A stretch of DNA of 39,622 bases from Octopus bimaculoides (lineage: Eukaryota): NCBI RefSeq assembly GCF_001194135.2, contig NC_068986.1, positions 70,883,863-70,923,484 of the forward strand, written 5' to 3'. Below are positions 1 through 11,458 of this stretch, piece after piece. Numbering within the stretch: position 1 is the stretch's first letter; each line of letters opens with the position of its first letter. Position numbers and translations under genes: made by a program. The notes below the pieces were generated by a model, which was not told the DNA's origin, made no database searches, and saw only the letters and a list, made by a program, of their open reading frames with translations.

Positions 1-240
1 ATATGTGTATATATATGTATATATATGTATATGTGTATATGTATGTGTGTGTACATGTGTATGTATATATGTATGTGTGTTGTATTTGTATGTATGTGTG
101 TATATATATATGTATATATATGTATATATATATATGTATGTGTGTGTGTACGTATGTGTATATACATATGTATGTGTATGTGTATATATATATGGATAGG
201 TATACGGGTAAAGTGTATGTATGCATATATATACGGGTAA
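1..240. repeat. Compound (TA)/(TG)/(TATG) microsatellite
   Basis: Alternating purine-pyrimidine sequence read directly. It explains the three MYIYV/CVC ORFs. Confidence 0.95.
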
Positions 241-429
241 TATAGTATAGTAAAGAGAAATAAACAAAATAATTAATTAATCTAGTGGAAATCCACAGGA
301 GAGCAATAAAAATAGAAAATTAAGGAGTTTGGTTTGATGTGGGAACTGTGTTATTGTTTAGGGTTCAGTCAAACATAGAAGCAACTACGTTAACAAGTGT
401 GTCAAGGTCAGGTCACAACATTCTTTGAT

Positions 430-592
430 GTCATGAAAAAAGCACCCACAACAGTTTGTAAAGGGGTTAGCATTAGGAAGGGCATCCAGCAGTAGAAACC
501 ATGCCAAAGCATGAAGGTGGAGTACAATGCAGTCATTGAATCTTGTCAAACTATCTAACCCATGCCCAAATAGAAGATGATGTTAAATGATA
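430..592 (+). mobile_element. Degraded RTE-LINE 3' tail fragment
   Basis: aaaaaagcaccca...ttaggaagggcatccagcagtagaaaccatgccaaa...aacccatgcc matches the tails at 6960-7130, 29340-29519 and 37745-37915. Confidence 0.7.
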
Positions 593-964
593 AGGCATAG
601 ACAAGCCTGTGATTAAGAAGTTTGCTTCTCAACTGTATGGTTTTATGTTTTGTGTGTGTATGTGTGTGTGTCTGTGTATATATATGTTGTGTGATATTCG
701 TCAACAAAAGGCATGTTTTGGTGTCAATTTGTCCAGTTCTCCATATAAGCAAGTCTCTGCTCTTTGTCATTTTATAGACTGGGAGATTATTACCTCATTC
801 AGAAACAGTGGCTGGTGATGGTTGGTGTCAGGAAGGGTGCCCAGCTGCAGAAAACTATCAAGTTTGGTCTATGATGCCAATATATGTGAAAAATATGTGA
901 AACTCTGCAATCATGTGCACATGGGCTATCAGTGCTAAAAATGCATTCCAGAATTCCCCAGGGC

Positions 965-1215
965 ATAGACACTTTATTTTATGTTGCTCCAATTCTCTCA
1001 GCTGTTGAAATGAGTTGTGATGTCACTGGTGCCAAGCTGTATCAGCCTTTGCCTTTCACTTGGATAACATCGGTGGCATGGAGAGGGGAGGCTGGTATGC
1101 ATGGGTGACTGCTGGTCTTCCATAAAAACCAACCTTGCCTGGACTTGTGCCTCCTCAGAGGGTAATTTTCTAGGTGCAATCCCATGGTCATTCATGAACA
1201 AAGGGGGTCTTTACC
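965..1215 (+). mobile_element. SINE body lacking its head (same family as 18577-18910)
   Basis: Reverse complement of 18577-18820 over about 250 nt, e.g. catggagaggggaggctggtatgcatgggtgactgctggtcttccataaa. Both copies end in GGGGTCTTTACC. Confidence 0.8.
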
Positions 1216-1889
1216 CTTTAAATAGTTCAATTGAACTTGTATTTAGCTCAAATGTTAATGCAGCCTAAATTCTGACTGGAATCCACAACAATTATTGACT
1301 TGGTTAAAATAACTTTAAATGTTATTCAATATAGTTAGAAAGAGTTTTCTAGAAGGTGAAGTTAGTCTGGTGAACATTTTGTGGTAGTCTATTAGGCTGT
1401 GTAACAGAGTTTTAATTTTTTTTTATCTTTGGTCTGTAAGTGTTATTTTCTATTTGCTTCTATTTAGAAATTAAAGGAAATGACTACTATTCCCTTCAAA
1501 CTTTGGTTTTCTGACCTGGACATCAATGTTTTGAACCTGACCTATTTTCCATTAAATTTCAGACAGATTCAGTGCTAATCAGAAATATCATTATAGCAAA
1601 TATTCTGCTCAATACTCAAATTTAATTGTCAGTTGTTTGACCATAACCACTTGAGCATGTTCCTTAGTGACTGACAGTATGTGCATCTCTGATGATGAGC
1701 AGGAGTAGTGGCGGAGCATCATAGCCATGAGTTGAGAGGGATTCTTTGGGGTTTGAATAAATGTAACAAAAGCAAAGTTTGAAGGAAATGTTAGCCATTT
1801 GTCATACATTCTAGGGGTAAGCAAATAGGAAATAACAATTGCTACCCAAGGACAAAAGTTTTGTTACATAGTGTTATAGAAGCCAAAAT

Positions 1890-3390
1890 TTCAAAGTATG
1901 ATGTAGTCCTGTTAAGGTGTTGAGTAGAAAAATGTCAGTTTGTATTAATTAGGTATGAAAGAGCATTCTACAAGATGGATCTGTATCAACTGATGAAGGT
2001 GCACAAGAATAATAAAGAATCTGAAAAAAAAAAAAGTTGAAACTAGATAACCTGAAAGCAGTGCGGAAGATACGGCTACAGTATGAATATTTATTGGATA
2101 AGAAATGTGAAATCCTAGATCAAGAAGGTGTTGGAGAAAATGGATTATATAATGAAGTAGTTACAGATTCTGTTGATTGTTTAAAAGATAGGACTAGAAA
2201 AATTGGGGAGGAATAAAATAGTAGAGTATGAAATTAATGTAGTAGAAAAGAGGGAAAACGATGATCACACAAGTCAGAAGGAAAATATTGTCATTCCTTA
2301 GATGATATATTACTGGAAGAAGAGAATGAAGATCTTATTTAATGTTAACTTGAACCATGTGGATTAATGGAGAGAGGTAATTCAAAAATCTGTTGAAATA
2401 GATAAGCAGGAATGTGTAGTTTTATTCCTTACTGAGCAGGAACAAGTAAACGAAGTAATTAATACTAAGCATAAAGAAATAAAAAATATGAAGAATCATG
2501 ATATATACAAATATGTGCCTACTATGTGAAAGATATTTGTAGAAAATTTCATCAAAAATGGCCCAATTTACTGAGAGTTATGAGGAAACAAAAGTCTCTC
2601 AGCTCCAAATAGTTTTCCCTAACAACTTTTAATATAATCGTAATCTACATCATCTGAAATATATTTGTAAAAAATATCTATTTTTTAGAAAGTTATGAGG
2701 AAACAAAGTTGGTGGAGGTGGGTATACTTCTGTAGTTATGCCTGATGTCCATTTTTCAGAATGTTACAAAGACAAAAAGTCAGAGGGCATGCTAGACTCA
2801 TTTCCTGTATGAGTGAGTACTATTAAATGAATAAAGAGTACAAAGGAAAATTAGATGTAACAGAAAAATTACACAAATTAGGAATCAAATATGTAAATAT
2901 CATTTAATAACAAGCAGAAAACACCCAGAGGGCAATCTTTCTGCTAGTCTAAGTAATGGTAGAAAATAGTCATTAAGAACTGATGGAGCTGAGAAGAGTA
3001 GAAAGTGTTTATGACAATGCTGTATCTTTTGGGCACGATGCAAATAGGAACTTGATTGATATTCTGGCTATGCATGTAGGTGATTTTGTATTCTGTAGAA
3101 CTGAATTATTTGAGAAGGATGTAATTGCAGCATTGAAAATGGAATTTAAAGTAGGAACTTATGAGAGTGGAGCATTCAAGTATTTAGGAATGAATGTTAA
3201 ACTAAGAATGAAATATATGCACATCACCTATATTTATGACAGAATTAAAGAAAGGAATGTTACTGCGAAGAAAAAAATTATAGAGTTAAGTGAAGATGAG
3301 AAATCTGTATTAAAAAGACTTGCAAGTCGAATCATGTGGGCATTGATGCAGTCTTGTCCATTTGTTTCATTGATGCTTGTAGAATGAGAA
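1890..3390 (+). mobile_element. Decayed Ty1/Copia pol relic (integrase C-terminus to RT)
   Basis: About 1905-1998 (one frameshift) gives SPVKVLSRK/CQFVLIRYERAFYKMDLYQLMK. 2461-2520 gives NTKHKEIKNMKNHDIYKYVP (RT start). 2983-3387 gives ILAMHVGDFVFC...EFKVGTYESGAFKYLGMNV, a mutated HVDD catalytic motif plus F-YLG. Confidence 0.7.
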
Positions 3391-3459
3391 AAACTGGGAA
3401 AGATTTTCAAGTGTAAATCCTGTTTGAAGATAATAAAGTAATATTGGTTTCAAGTTTTG

Positions 3460-3890
3460 GCACAATGCCAGCAATTTTGAGGGCATGGTTATGTCGATTG
3501 CATTGATCCCAGTGCTCGACTGGTACTTATTTTATTGACCCCAAATGGATGAAAGGCAAAGTCGATTCTGGTGGAATTTGAACTCAGAACATAAAGATGG
3601 ATAAAATGCTACTTAGCATTTTGCCTGGTGTGCTATTGAATCTGCCAGCTTGCTCCCTTTAGTTAATACAGTAATATTGCTTTCAAATTTTGGCACAAGG
3701 CAGCAATTTTGTGGGAGGGGCTAAGTCAATTAAATTGATCCCTGTGTGCAACTGGTACTTATTTTATTGAGCCTGAAAGGATGAAAGGCAAAGTTGACCC
3801 CTGCAGAGTTTGGACTCAAATCATAAATATGGACAAAATGTCACTAAGCATTTTGCCTGGTGTGCTAGCGATTCTGCCTGCTTGCTGCCT
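3460..3890 (-). mobile_element. Two tandem tRNA-headed SINEs with GCCTTTCATCC...AATAAGTACCAG core
   Basis: About 200-nt copies at 3460-3658 and 3685-3890. Both read ...actggtacttattttattga...ggatgaaaggcaaagt.ga...agcattttgcctggtgtgcta on +, the reverse complement of the copies at 18046 and 23055. Confidence 0.8.
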
Positions 3891-4050
3891 TAGTTGATAA
3901 TATAATATTAAAGATTAAATCGGAGAAAGGTTCCATATCACTTCTACCATTGGGATTTAAACATTATCTGCTATCTGATAACCCACATGCCAACTTGAAA
4001 GATGGATCTTAATAGAGTGGTTTTATCATCAAGATGGAGCTGATATATTA

Positions 4051-4247
4051 TTTTTTATCTTTTATTTGTTTTAGTCATTGGACTGTGGCCATGTTGGGGC
4101 ATTATTGAACCCTAGAACTTATTTTTAAGCCTGGTACTTATTCTATTGGTCTCTTTTTGTCAAACTGCGAAGTTACAAGGATCTAATCAAATCATTAGTT
4201 GACAACCAGTAGTGGGGGACAAACACAAAGACACACACATACACACA

Positions 4248-4317
<70 letters not shown>

Positions 4318-4466
4318 GGGCTTCTTTCAGTTTCCATTGATCAAATTTATTCACAAGGCTTTGATCAGCTTGGCAATATAGCGGAAGACACTTGCCCAAA
4401 GTGCCAGGCAGGATTGAACCTGGAACCATGTGGTTGGGAAGCAACCTTCTTACTATACAGCTATGT
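4051..4466 (-). mobile_element. tRNA-headed SINE with internal (CA)n (same family as 17105-17551)
   Basis: Minus-strand head GCTGTATAGTAAGAAGGTTGCTTCCCAACCACATGGTTCCAGGTTCAATCC, internal (AC)n at about 4230-4314, purine-rich AAATAAAAG tail. Confidence 0.85.
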
Positions 4467-4893
4467 CTGATCATAAAAAGAACTCTGGAATGTGTTATGA
4501 AAAACCCCTTAACTTTAGGGACCCCTGCACTCAGTGAAGCAACTGGTACTTGTGTCTTCATAGTTTTTCTGATATAGGAAATATTCCAGCTGGCCTGATA
4601 ACCAAAAGTACTCAGCAAAACTGACAATTCATGACATGTAGGCATCTTAAATTGATTGTTGATTGTTGAGAATATCAGGCCATCAAGTTAAGTTCAGATA
4701 TAAGGGATCAGAGGCTGTGTATAGATTTCAGACTTTCTAAAAAAGATGGAGATTTCCCCTGAAATTCTGAGAAACTTACTCCATTGTAGTATACAGAATA
4801 TCTTTAAACAATAGTTTCAAGGACATTGTGATGTTATTTAGAGTTTTAAAGACTTTCTGTTTGTTGATATTACCATCTATATACTTTGTATAT

Positions 4894-5279
4894 GGAGGCG
4901 CAATGGCCCAGTGGTTAGGGCAGCAGACTCGCGGTCATAGGATCGCGGTTTCGATTACCAGACCGGGCGTTGTGAGTGTTTATTGAGCGAAAACACCTAA
5001 AGCTCCACGAGGCTCCGGCAGAGGGTGGTGGCGAACTCTGCTGTACTCTTCCACCACAACTTTCTCTCACTCTTACTTCCTGTTTCTGTTGTGCCTGTAA
5101 TTCAAAGGGTCAGCCTTGTCACACTGTGTCACGCTGAATATCCCCGAGAACTACGTACAGGGTACACGTGTCTGTGGAGTGCTCAGCCACTTGCACGTTA
5201 ATTTCACGAGCAGGCTGTTCCGTTGATCAGATCAACTGGAACCCTCGACGTCGTAAGCGACGGAGTGCCAACAACAACA
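4894..5279 (+). mobile_element. Full-length young tRNA-derived SINE with (CAA)n tail and 13-bp TSD
   Basis: A box TGGCCCAGTGG (4904-4914), B-box-like GGTTTCGATTACC (4947-4959), tail ccaacaacaaca. Perfect direct repeat ATACTTTGTATAT at 4881-4893 and 5280-5292. CpG-rich. Confidence 0.93.
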
Positions 5280-6594
5280 ATACTTTGTATATAGAACTCT
5301 GTTTAAATTGTTACATGATGCCTTGTTGGAACCAGAGATTAAAACTGCAAACTTCCAAGGAGGTCAAGAACGATGTTGATGCATGACTTATCTCCCTTCT
5401 CTTTACACATGTGTATTTAAGGTGGCTATTGCAAACTTTGGGACATTGAGGCATTATACACATGACTAAGCATTAAGAAATGTGAATATTTATTCAGATT
5501 TATCCACCAAATGTATCATTTGATGTTTGTAGAATGGGCAATACTAGCAAATATCTAGACAAGTCTGAGTAGATAACCAAATATATGACCACTTCTCTTC
5601 CTCTCTCTATATGTTTATTCATGTATGTTTCTCATCTTCTGTGTCTGTATTCCACTTCCTTTCTGAGTTTTCTCTCTTGTGCTCTCTTATGTATTATTTG
5701 TTTATCTCTCTCTCTTCCCCATCCCTCTCATTCTCTGTATTTCTCTACAGCAAGGAGAATGGAAGATTATAGTACAACAAAAATGGTCAGATTTTTTTAA
5801 TAGAATTACTGAAAAAAAAAAAGAAACTGAAATTAAAAAAGAACATTAGAACTTTATATATAAAAATAAATGTTATATAAACCTTCTTGTGAGATGATGA
5901 ATAATACTATATATGGTTTGTCTATGATGTTTGTTTTGTAGTTTCTGATATAAAGCAGTCACATACATAAATAACGTGTGTGTGTATGTGTGTCTGTGTG
6001 AATTCAATACACTAAAATATTTCTGTCTAATTACAACAATGATTTTGCAGACAATGAATTCTGGTTTATTTAATTATATTAGTAACAATATGAGTTGTAT
6101 TTGGATGGCAGTGTATGTTGTTGAAAGTAAATTACAGTGTCTTTGATATGCTACTAGACTTTTGGTTCCATTGCTACTTAGTTGTTAGTCCTTATCGTCT
6201 TAAGACTGAACTCTTGTTATGCTTATTAACTCTTTCATGGTTTGAAGTTTCTTTTTTTTCTTTTTTTCAAAAGTTATTAAAACATTCTTTCATGTAAAGT
6301 AAGTCATCAGAATATATGTTATCAAAAGCTTGAAACTCTGGTTGGTTGAAACATTATGATAAGGATGAGGTTGAATACAGAGTGCTGATAGATACAACCA
6401 CTTTCATTTTAGTACCGTTTATATATATGCCATTGTTATTAACTTAGTTGTTGCACTACTCACCACACTACAGAGTGTAGGTTCATGGAAAAGTCCTCTT
6501 TTACATTAACAAATGCAACATACATGTCCCAATCTATAGACGCACTCATATGAGTTGTCTAATTTTGTGGTTGAATTTTGTAATGAAAACACAA

Positions 6595-7132
6595 CAGCGT
6601 GTCTTAAGATAAAAATTGGGTATAAGGGGCATAAGATAAAGTGTGCAAGAGAGAATATTGCACTGGTATGGCGATGTGATGCATATGAATGAGAACAGCT
6701 GTGTAAAGAAGTGCTGATCTCTAACTGTGGAGGGAATGTGTGGAATAGGTAGACCCAGGAAGATGTGGGACAAAGTGGTGCAATATGATCTTTGACTGTT
6801 GAATCTCGTGGATGTGATGACAAGTGATTGAGACTTTTGGTGATTTGCTGTGCTTGAGAAGACACATCAAGCTAACTACAGACCAGTGCTGGTGACACAT
6901 AAAAGGCACCTGTGCTAGTGACACGTAAAAGGTGCGCATGCTGGTGACATGTAAAAAGCACCTGGTACACTTTGTGGAGTGGTTGGTGTTAGGAAGGGCA
7001 TCCAGCTGTGGAAACCAAGCCAGGACAGACCGGAACCCGGTGCAGCTCTCTGGCTTACCTGTTCCAGGTAAACTGTCTAACCCATGCCAGCATGGAAAAT
7101 GGTTGCTAAATGATGATAATGATGATGATGAT
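6595..7132 (+). mobile_element. RTE-clade LINE 3' fragment (ORF end, 3' UTR, (GAT)n)
   Basis: Translates with stops as ...KLGIRGIR*SVQERILHWYGDVMHMNENSCVKKC*SLTVEGMCGIGRPRKMWDKVVQYDL...FAVLEKTHQA (RTE LxWxGH...GRPRKxW signature), then the family tail and tgatgataatgatgatgatg. Confidence 0.88.
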
Positions 7133-7482
7133 ATACACATATTTATATACAACTCTGCCATCGATATTATTGTCGAATACTATAAAGACAATTCTATGTA
7201 CAACTCTTGCAATTCAATTATTTTATATAATATGTATTGTCATTATTGTCTGTCTGTTTATGCAACCATGCACATAAGTCTGTCCAACTTCCACTTTTTT
7301 ATACATGTATTGTTGATTGTTGTATACTTATTCATATATGTAACAGTGTATTGTGACTGTTGTATATGTTACCTTCAGAATGAGCTTGCATATCACTGAA
7401 GCATGGCAGCATGAAAGTATGGATGTATGTAGGTACATATATACACTCTAGTTGTATATAGGCACATATGAGTATGTGGCTG

Positions 7483-7488
7483 TGTGTA

Positions 7489-7549
<61 letters not shown>
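7483..7549. repeat. (TA)n microsatellite
   Basis: Read directly. Confidence 0.95.
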
Positions 7550-7550
<1 letters not shown>

Positions 7551-8155
7551 AATATTGGTGTACATGTGTATATGTCTGCTAATACTTCCTGCCCAGAAAG
7601 TGGTCATCTGTAAATGACAACCGATCCTACCTCACAGTGGGATGTCAGATCAAAAATAAAAGTCTGCCATGCATTCTACATCTGGATAGCCAACAACACC
7701 ACCATTAGCCACATACTGGCAACACACATGCATGTGTGTGTGCGTGTGTGTGTGTGTGTATGTCTGTACATCTATTTATGTATCTATGCCCAATGAACAT
7801 AGACTCCTATCCCTTAACCTTAATGTAATTCTTGATTTTTTGACAGTTTTATCTCTTTCTTCTATGATTCTGTGTCTTTAATTTATGGTGCGTGTGGGTG
7901 TATAGGTGCATCTGTATGTGTCTGTATGCCTGTGTGAGTGTGTGTTCATGACCAGGAGTTCACACCCCTCCCTGTTAACCTAAATCTAATCTTTCTTTGA
8001 TAGGTTGTATTCTCTATATTTCATCACTTATATTTTTTATGCTATATATATACCCATGGACAACTGCAGCTGGTCATAACCAAGATACAGCAAGCTTGAA
8101 CAACATGTCTAGGACATTTCAGTATATCGCATGGGACATCCTCTTCTTTATGCAT

Positions 8156-8260
8156 GTTCCTGATGAGACACAAACTGCACAGATTGATGCAACACTATTA
8201 GATGTACAAAATCCTACCCATAATGGGCAGTTGCTGGGTGAGTCGAAACGATTGTTGTAC
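8156..8260 (+). ncRNA. Type-I hammerhead-ribozyme-like motif with extended helix II
   Basis: CTGATGA (8160-8166), GAC...GTC closing helix II (8167-8169/8242-8244), GAAA (8245-8248), quasi-palindromic ACGATTGT, cleavage triplet GTT (8254-8256). Weak helix I GTTC/GTAC. AATAAA at 8263-8268. Confidence 0.5.
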
Positions 8261-8868
8261 TGAATAAAGACTAGTGCGAAATCTATCTTCCATTTCCTTC
8301 ATCAGTTATTATTATCTCAACTTACACTGCAGAATTCCTGAAGTAGATCCAGTGGAAATATAGCCCAAACTTTGAACATGCTTTACTCAACACACAAATT
8401 GACATATACTCATTAGTCCAAAAAATTACATATTTATATATGTATATATTAGGTCAGTAGTTTGAAATTGTTGCTATATTGATATGTAGTTGATATAAGG
8501 AAGTATGAGCTGAATGAGTTTACAGTGTTAGCTTTGTTAAGACAAAATCTGGGATAAAAAAATTAGCTCAGTGAAGAGAAAACATCTGAGAATGATGAGG
8601 CTGGATGAAGGAACCTTGAATCCAAATAACAAGAAGACTCATGGTTATCTGGATTCAACAAAAAAAGTTTATATCTTTGAGGATAGTAATTGAAACTTGA
8701 GTAAAAATTGTTATGAGCAATATAGAAAATTTGTTAAATAAATCATTATCAAAACTTCACTGTCCTGAAAAATTAGACCTTATGATAATGATGATGATGG
8801 TTTGGAAATTGTTTTCAACAATCTTCTATATAGTTTTATGTAATTTTTTTTTTTTGCTTGCAGACAAA

Positions 8869-9005
8869 ATGTCATTGAAACAATTACCAAGTACTTTTCG
8901 AAAGCTTGTGGTGAATCAATTGTCAAAAAGTTTTCGGGATGCTGTTTCAATTAAAGAAGTTCAAATGCCAAAACCTGCAGCTGGTGAAGTTCTGGTTAAA
9001 AACAG
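8869..9005 (+). CDS. PTGR3: PTGR3-like coding exon 1 (MSLKQ...LVKN + AG of Arg)
   Basis: T-rich tract + CAG acceptor at 8861-8863, then acaaaATG at 8869. Donor AG|GTTAGC at 9005/9006, phase 2. Confidence 0.9.
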
Positions 9006-9224
9006 GTTAGCCCTTTTGTTATATTTCTGTTGAAATATTCTGTATTTGTTTCAAATAATTTCGAAAATAATGAAGAATCTAGTACAATAATTTTCATTAT
9101 TAAGCTGGTATTTGGAACATAAATTAACATGAAATGTTGATGGAAACTTTTAATTTGCAGATCTTTAAAATAGGAAATTTATACCATAGAAACATGGTGG
9201 TCTCATGCAGATTGTAATTAGAAG

Positions 9225-9353
9225 GGTTAGGAAGGGCATCCAGCTGTAGAAACTCTGCCAAATTTAGATTGGAGCCTAGTGTTGCCATCCGGTTTCACCA
9301 GTCCTCAGTCAAATCGTCCAACCGATGCTAGCATGGAAAGCGGACGTTAAACA

Positions 9354-9384
<31 letters not shown>
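9225..9384 (+). mobile_element. Young RTE-LINE 3' tail with (GAT)n
   Basis: Nearly identical to 29370-29519; (GAT)n at about 9354-9384. Confidence 0.88.
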
Positions 9385-9385
<1 letters not shown>

Positions 9386-10564
9386 TGGTTTTATTTTAAA
9401 ATCTGGTATGAAATTAATACAAAGCTAGATTAGGGAAAAAGAGTGTTTAGTCATTGAGTACTGTAGTTGGCAACTTGATGTGCAATCACTGCTTCAAATT
9501 AATTATTATTTATTTAACAAACTCACCTTCAAAGTGTGGCTTCACTTTCTTTTAAATTAGCTCGCACACTTCAAAGCTTGTGTTTTGGACAGATTTTCAT
9601 TAATATGTCTCTTGAAAATAATTTGCTGATTTTTAAAAAATATGCTAGTTTGTCTAAAAGCAAAGCCCCTTTCATATTTTCATATTCCTTATTATAATTA
9701 GTTAAATAGTGGTGTTAGACAGTATTCTCATTATAAACGCTGACTGAATCTTTACAAATAAGACACACATACTTTTGGTTGAGCTCCATGAAAAGAAAAA
9801 AAAAATATCTGTCAAACAAAGTACTTTTGCTAACAACTCTTTCTTTTATTGGTACCAGCCATTGTGGAAGGTGTTGCATTAATGTACTTTATAATATTGA
9901 TTTAAAATCATTAATAAAGCTGGGCAAATGAACTGCTCAATGTTGCTAGCTTTCAAAATTATTGCACTTAATTGACATAACTGGCAACTAAGCTAGACAA
10001 AATTTAAATTCACACTGACTATTTATCACCAATAACAATACCTTATAAGACAGAATAAATAATTTGAGTGGAGTGGGTAGAATGGGGATGAATGCTAATT
10101 GGCTGTAATAAGTGTGGAACTATCAAGTCATCAATTTATATGCATTTCAGCTTGAATCATAATTAATGTCACATGACAAAAACAACTTACAAGGAAAACA
10201 TTTCTAATCATACTCACTCTACTCTAGGGGAATGAGCTGAATATAATTTATTACATATGAAATATCAATTCATGAGAAAAAAAAAAGAAAGAAAAACTGT
10301 GCACAAGTATATTGTAAAAGTGATTGGAATGTTTGCAGATATATGATAGCCAGTTATGCTTGTATGAATATTTATGGAAGTATGCATACTTGAGTTAAAA
10401 TTTGTGAGTTGACAGTAGAAAGCACCATTATAGAAATTTACTAAAAAAGGTATGAAAATGAATCGAGAGAGCAGATCTTACAGGATCATACCCTTAATTT
10501 TGGTAACTATTATATTCGATTGTAGATACAAACAGCTGAAACGGGGTTCCTCTGAAGGATCTCT

Positions 10565-10873
10565 GGAGTAACCTTACACAACAGGGTGGGTAACTTGGAG
10601 ATTAGGGAGTCTCTCTTGGTCAAGGTATTACTTCTCTGCATTGAGAGGTCTGAGTTCTGGTGCTACAGACATATGATTAGAATGTTACTGGAAAGAATTG
10701 CAAACTGGATTCTTCAAGCTAAGCCAAACTAGGGTAGACCAAGAATGAAATGGCTAGATGATATTCATAGCCTTAGTTGGTCATGCTTGGAAATCCAGCC
10801 AGAAAATCTAATGATGGTTGCTTTTGATAGTACCCTATGGAGGAGGTGCCTGAGGTTGTTTCTTCCCCCATGA
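10565..10873 (+). mobile_element. Second RTE-type LINE ORF C-terminal relic
   Basis: GVTLHNRVGNLEIRESLLVKVLLLCIERSEFWCYRHMIRMLLERIANWILQAKPN*GRPRMKWLDDIHSLSWSCLEIQPENL...LWRRCLRLFLPP* has the IERSQLRWxGH / GRPRxxW pattern. Confidence 0.72.
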
Positions 10874-10944
10874 CCTTTCCAGGAGTATTGGGCAGAGAAG
10901 ATGGGTTGACGGATGGATTGTATGAGATGTTAAACATCATTCAG

Positions 10945-11458
10945 ATATGCTGTGATTGAGAAGACCTGTCAAGCCAAGTGAAATCATAGTCATGGCCAAT
11001 GCCAGTGTTATGTAACTGGCACCCACATTCGTAGCACATAAAAAGCACCCTGCAAATGTTGAGCAATATGCCGAGCTTGAGAAGACCATCAAGCTAAGTG
11101 AAATCATAGTCATGGTCATGGCCGATGCCAGTGTCCCATAACTGGCATCTGTGCTGGTGGTGCATAAAATGCACTCTTTGAATGTTGGGCCTCACAGAGG
11201 CAGTGACAAGTGACTGAGACCCTTCGCGATATATCATGCTTGAGAAGACCTGTTAAGTCAAGTGAGATCATAGTCATGGTTGATGCTGGTGTTACGTAAC
11301 TGGCACATAAAAAGCACTCACTACACCCTTGGAGTAGTTGGCATTAGGAAGAGTATCCAGCTGTAGAAACCATGCCAAATCAGATTGCAACTTGGTGCAG
11401 TTCCCCAGCATATCAGTTTTCAGTCATACCGTCCAACCCATGCCAACATGAATGTTAA

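Noticed and set aside
4894-4970. SINE heads (4894, 17105, 18910, 33159) as tRNA genes
   Set aside because: They have A/B boxes but no acceptor stem or oligo-T terminator, and continue into repeat bodies.
5690-5792. Long CT tract + TACAG then an ATG (MEDYSTTKM) as a candidate upstream PTGR3 exon
   Set aside because: The only nearby donor (ATG|GTCAGA) is weak and phase 0, whereas phase 1 is needed to join 8864 in frame. CT-rich low complexity explains the tract.
8713-8863. N-terminal part of the 106-aa ORF 8713-9033 (MSNIENLL...FFFLLADK)
   Set aside because: It reads through a polypyrimidine tract and acceptor, with no MDR similarity; intronic. The C-terminal LALLLYFC is likewise read-through of the 9006 donor.
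9282-9310. Minus-strand CTGAGGA CTGGT GAAA CCGG in the RTE tail (also at about 29430-29452)
   Set aside because: Five nucleotides cannot form helix II and there is no closing pair.
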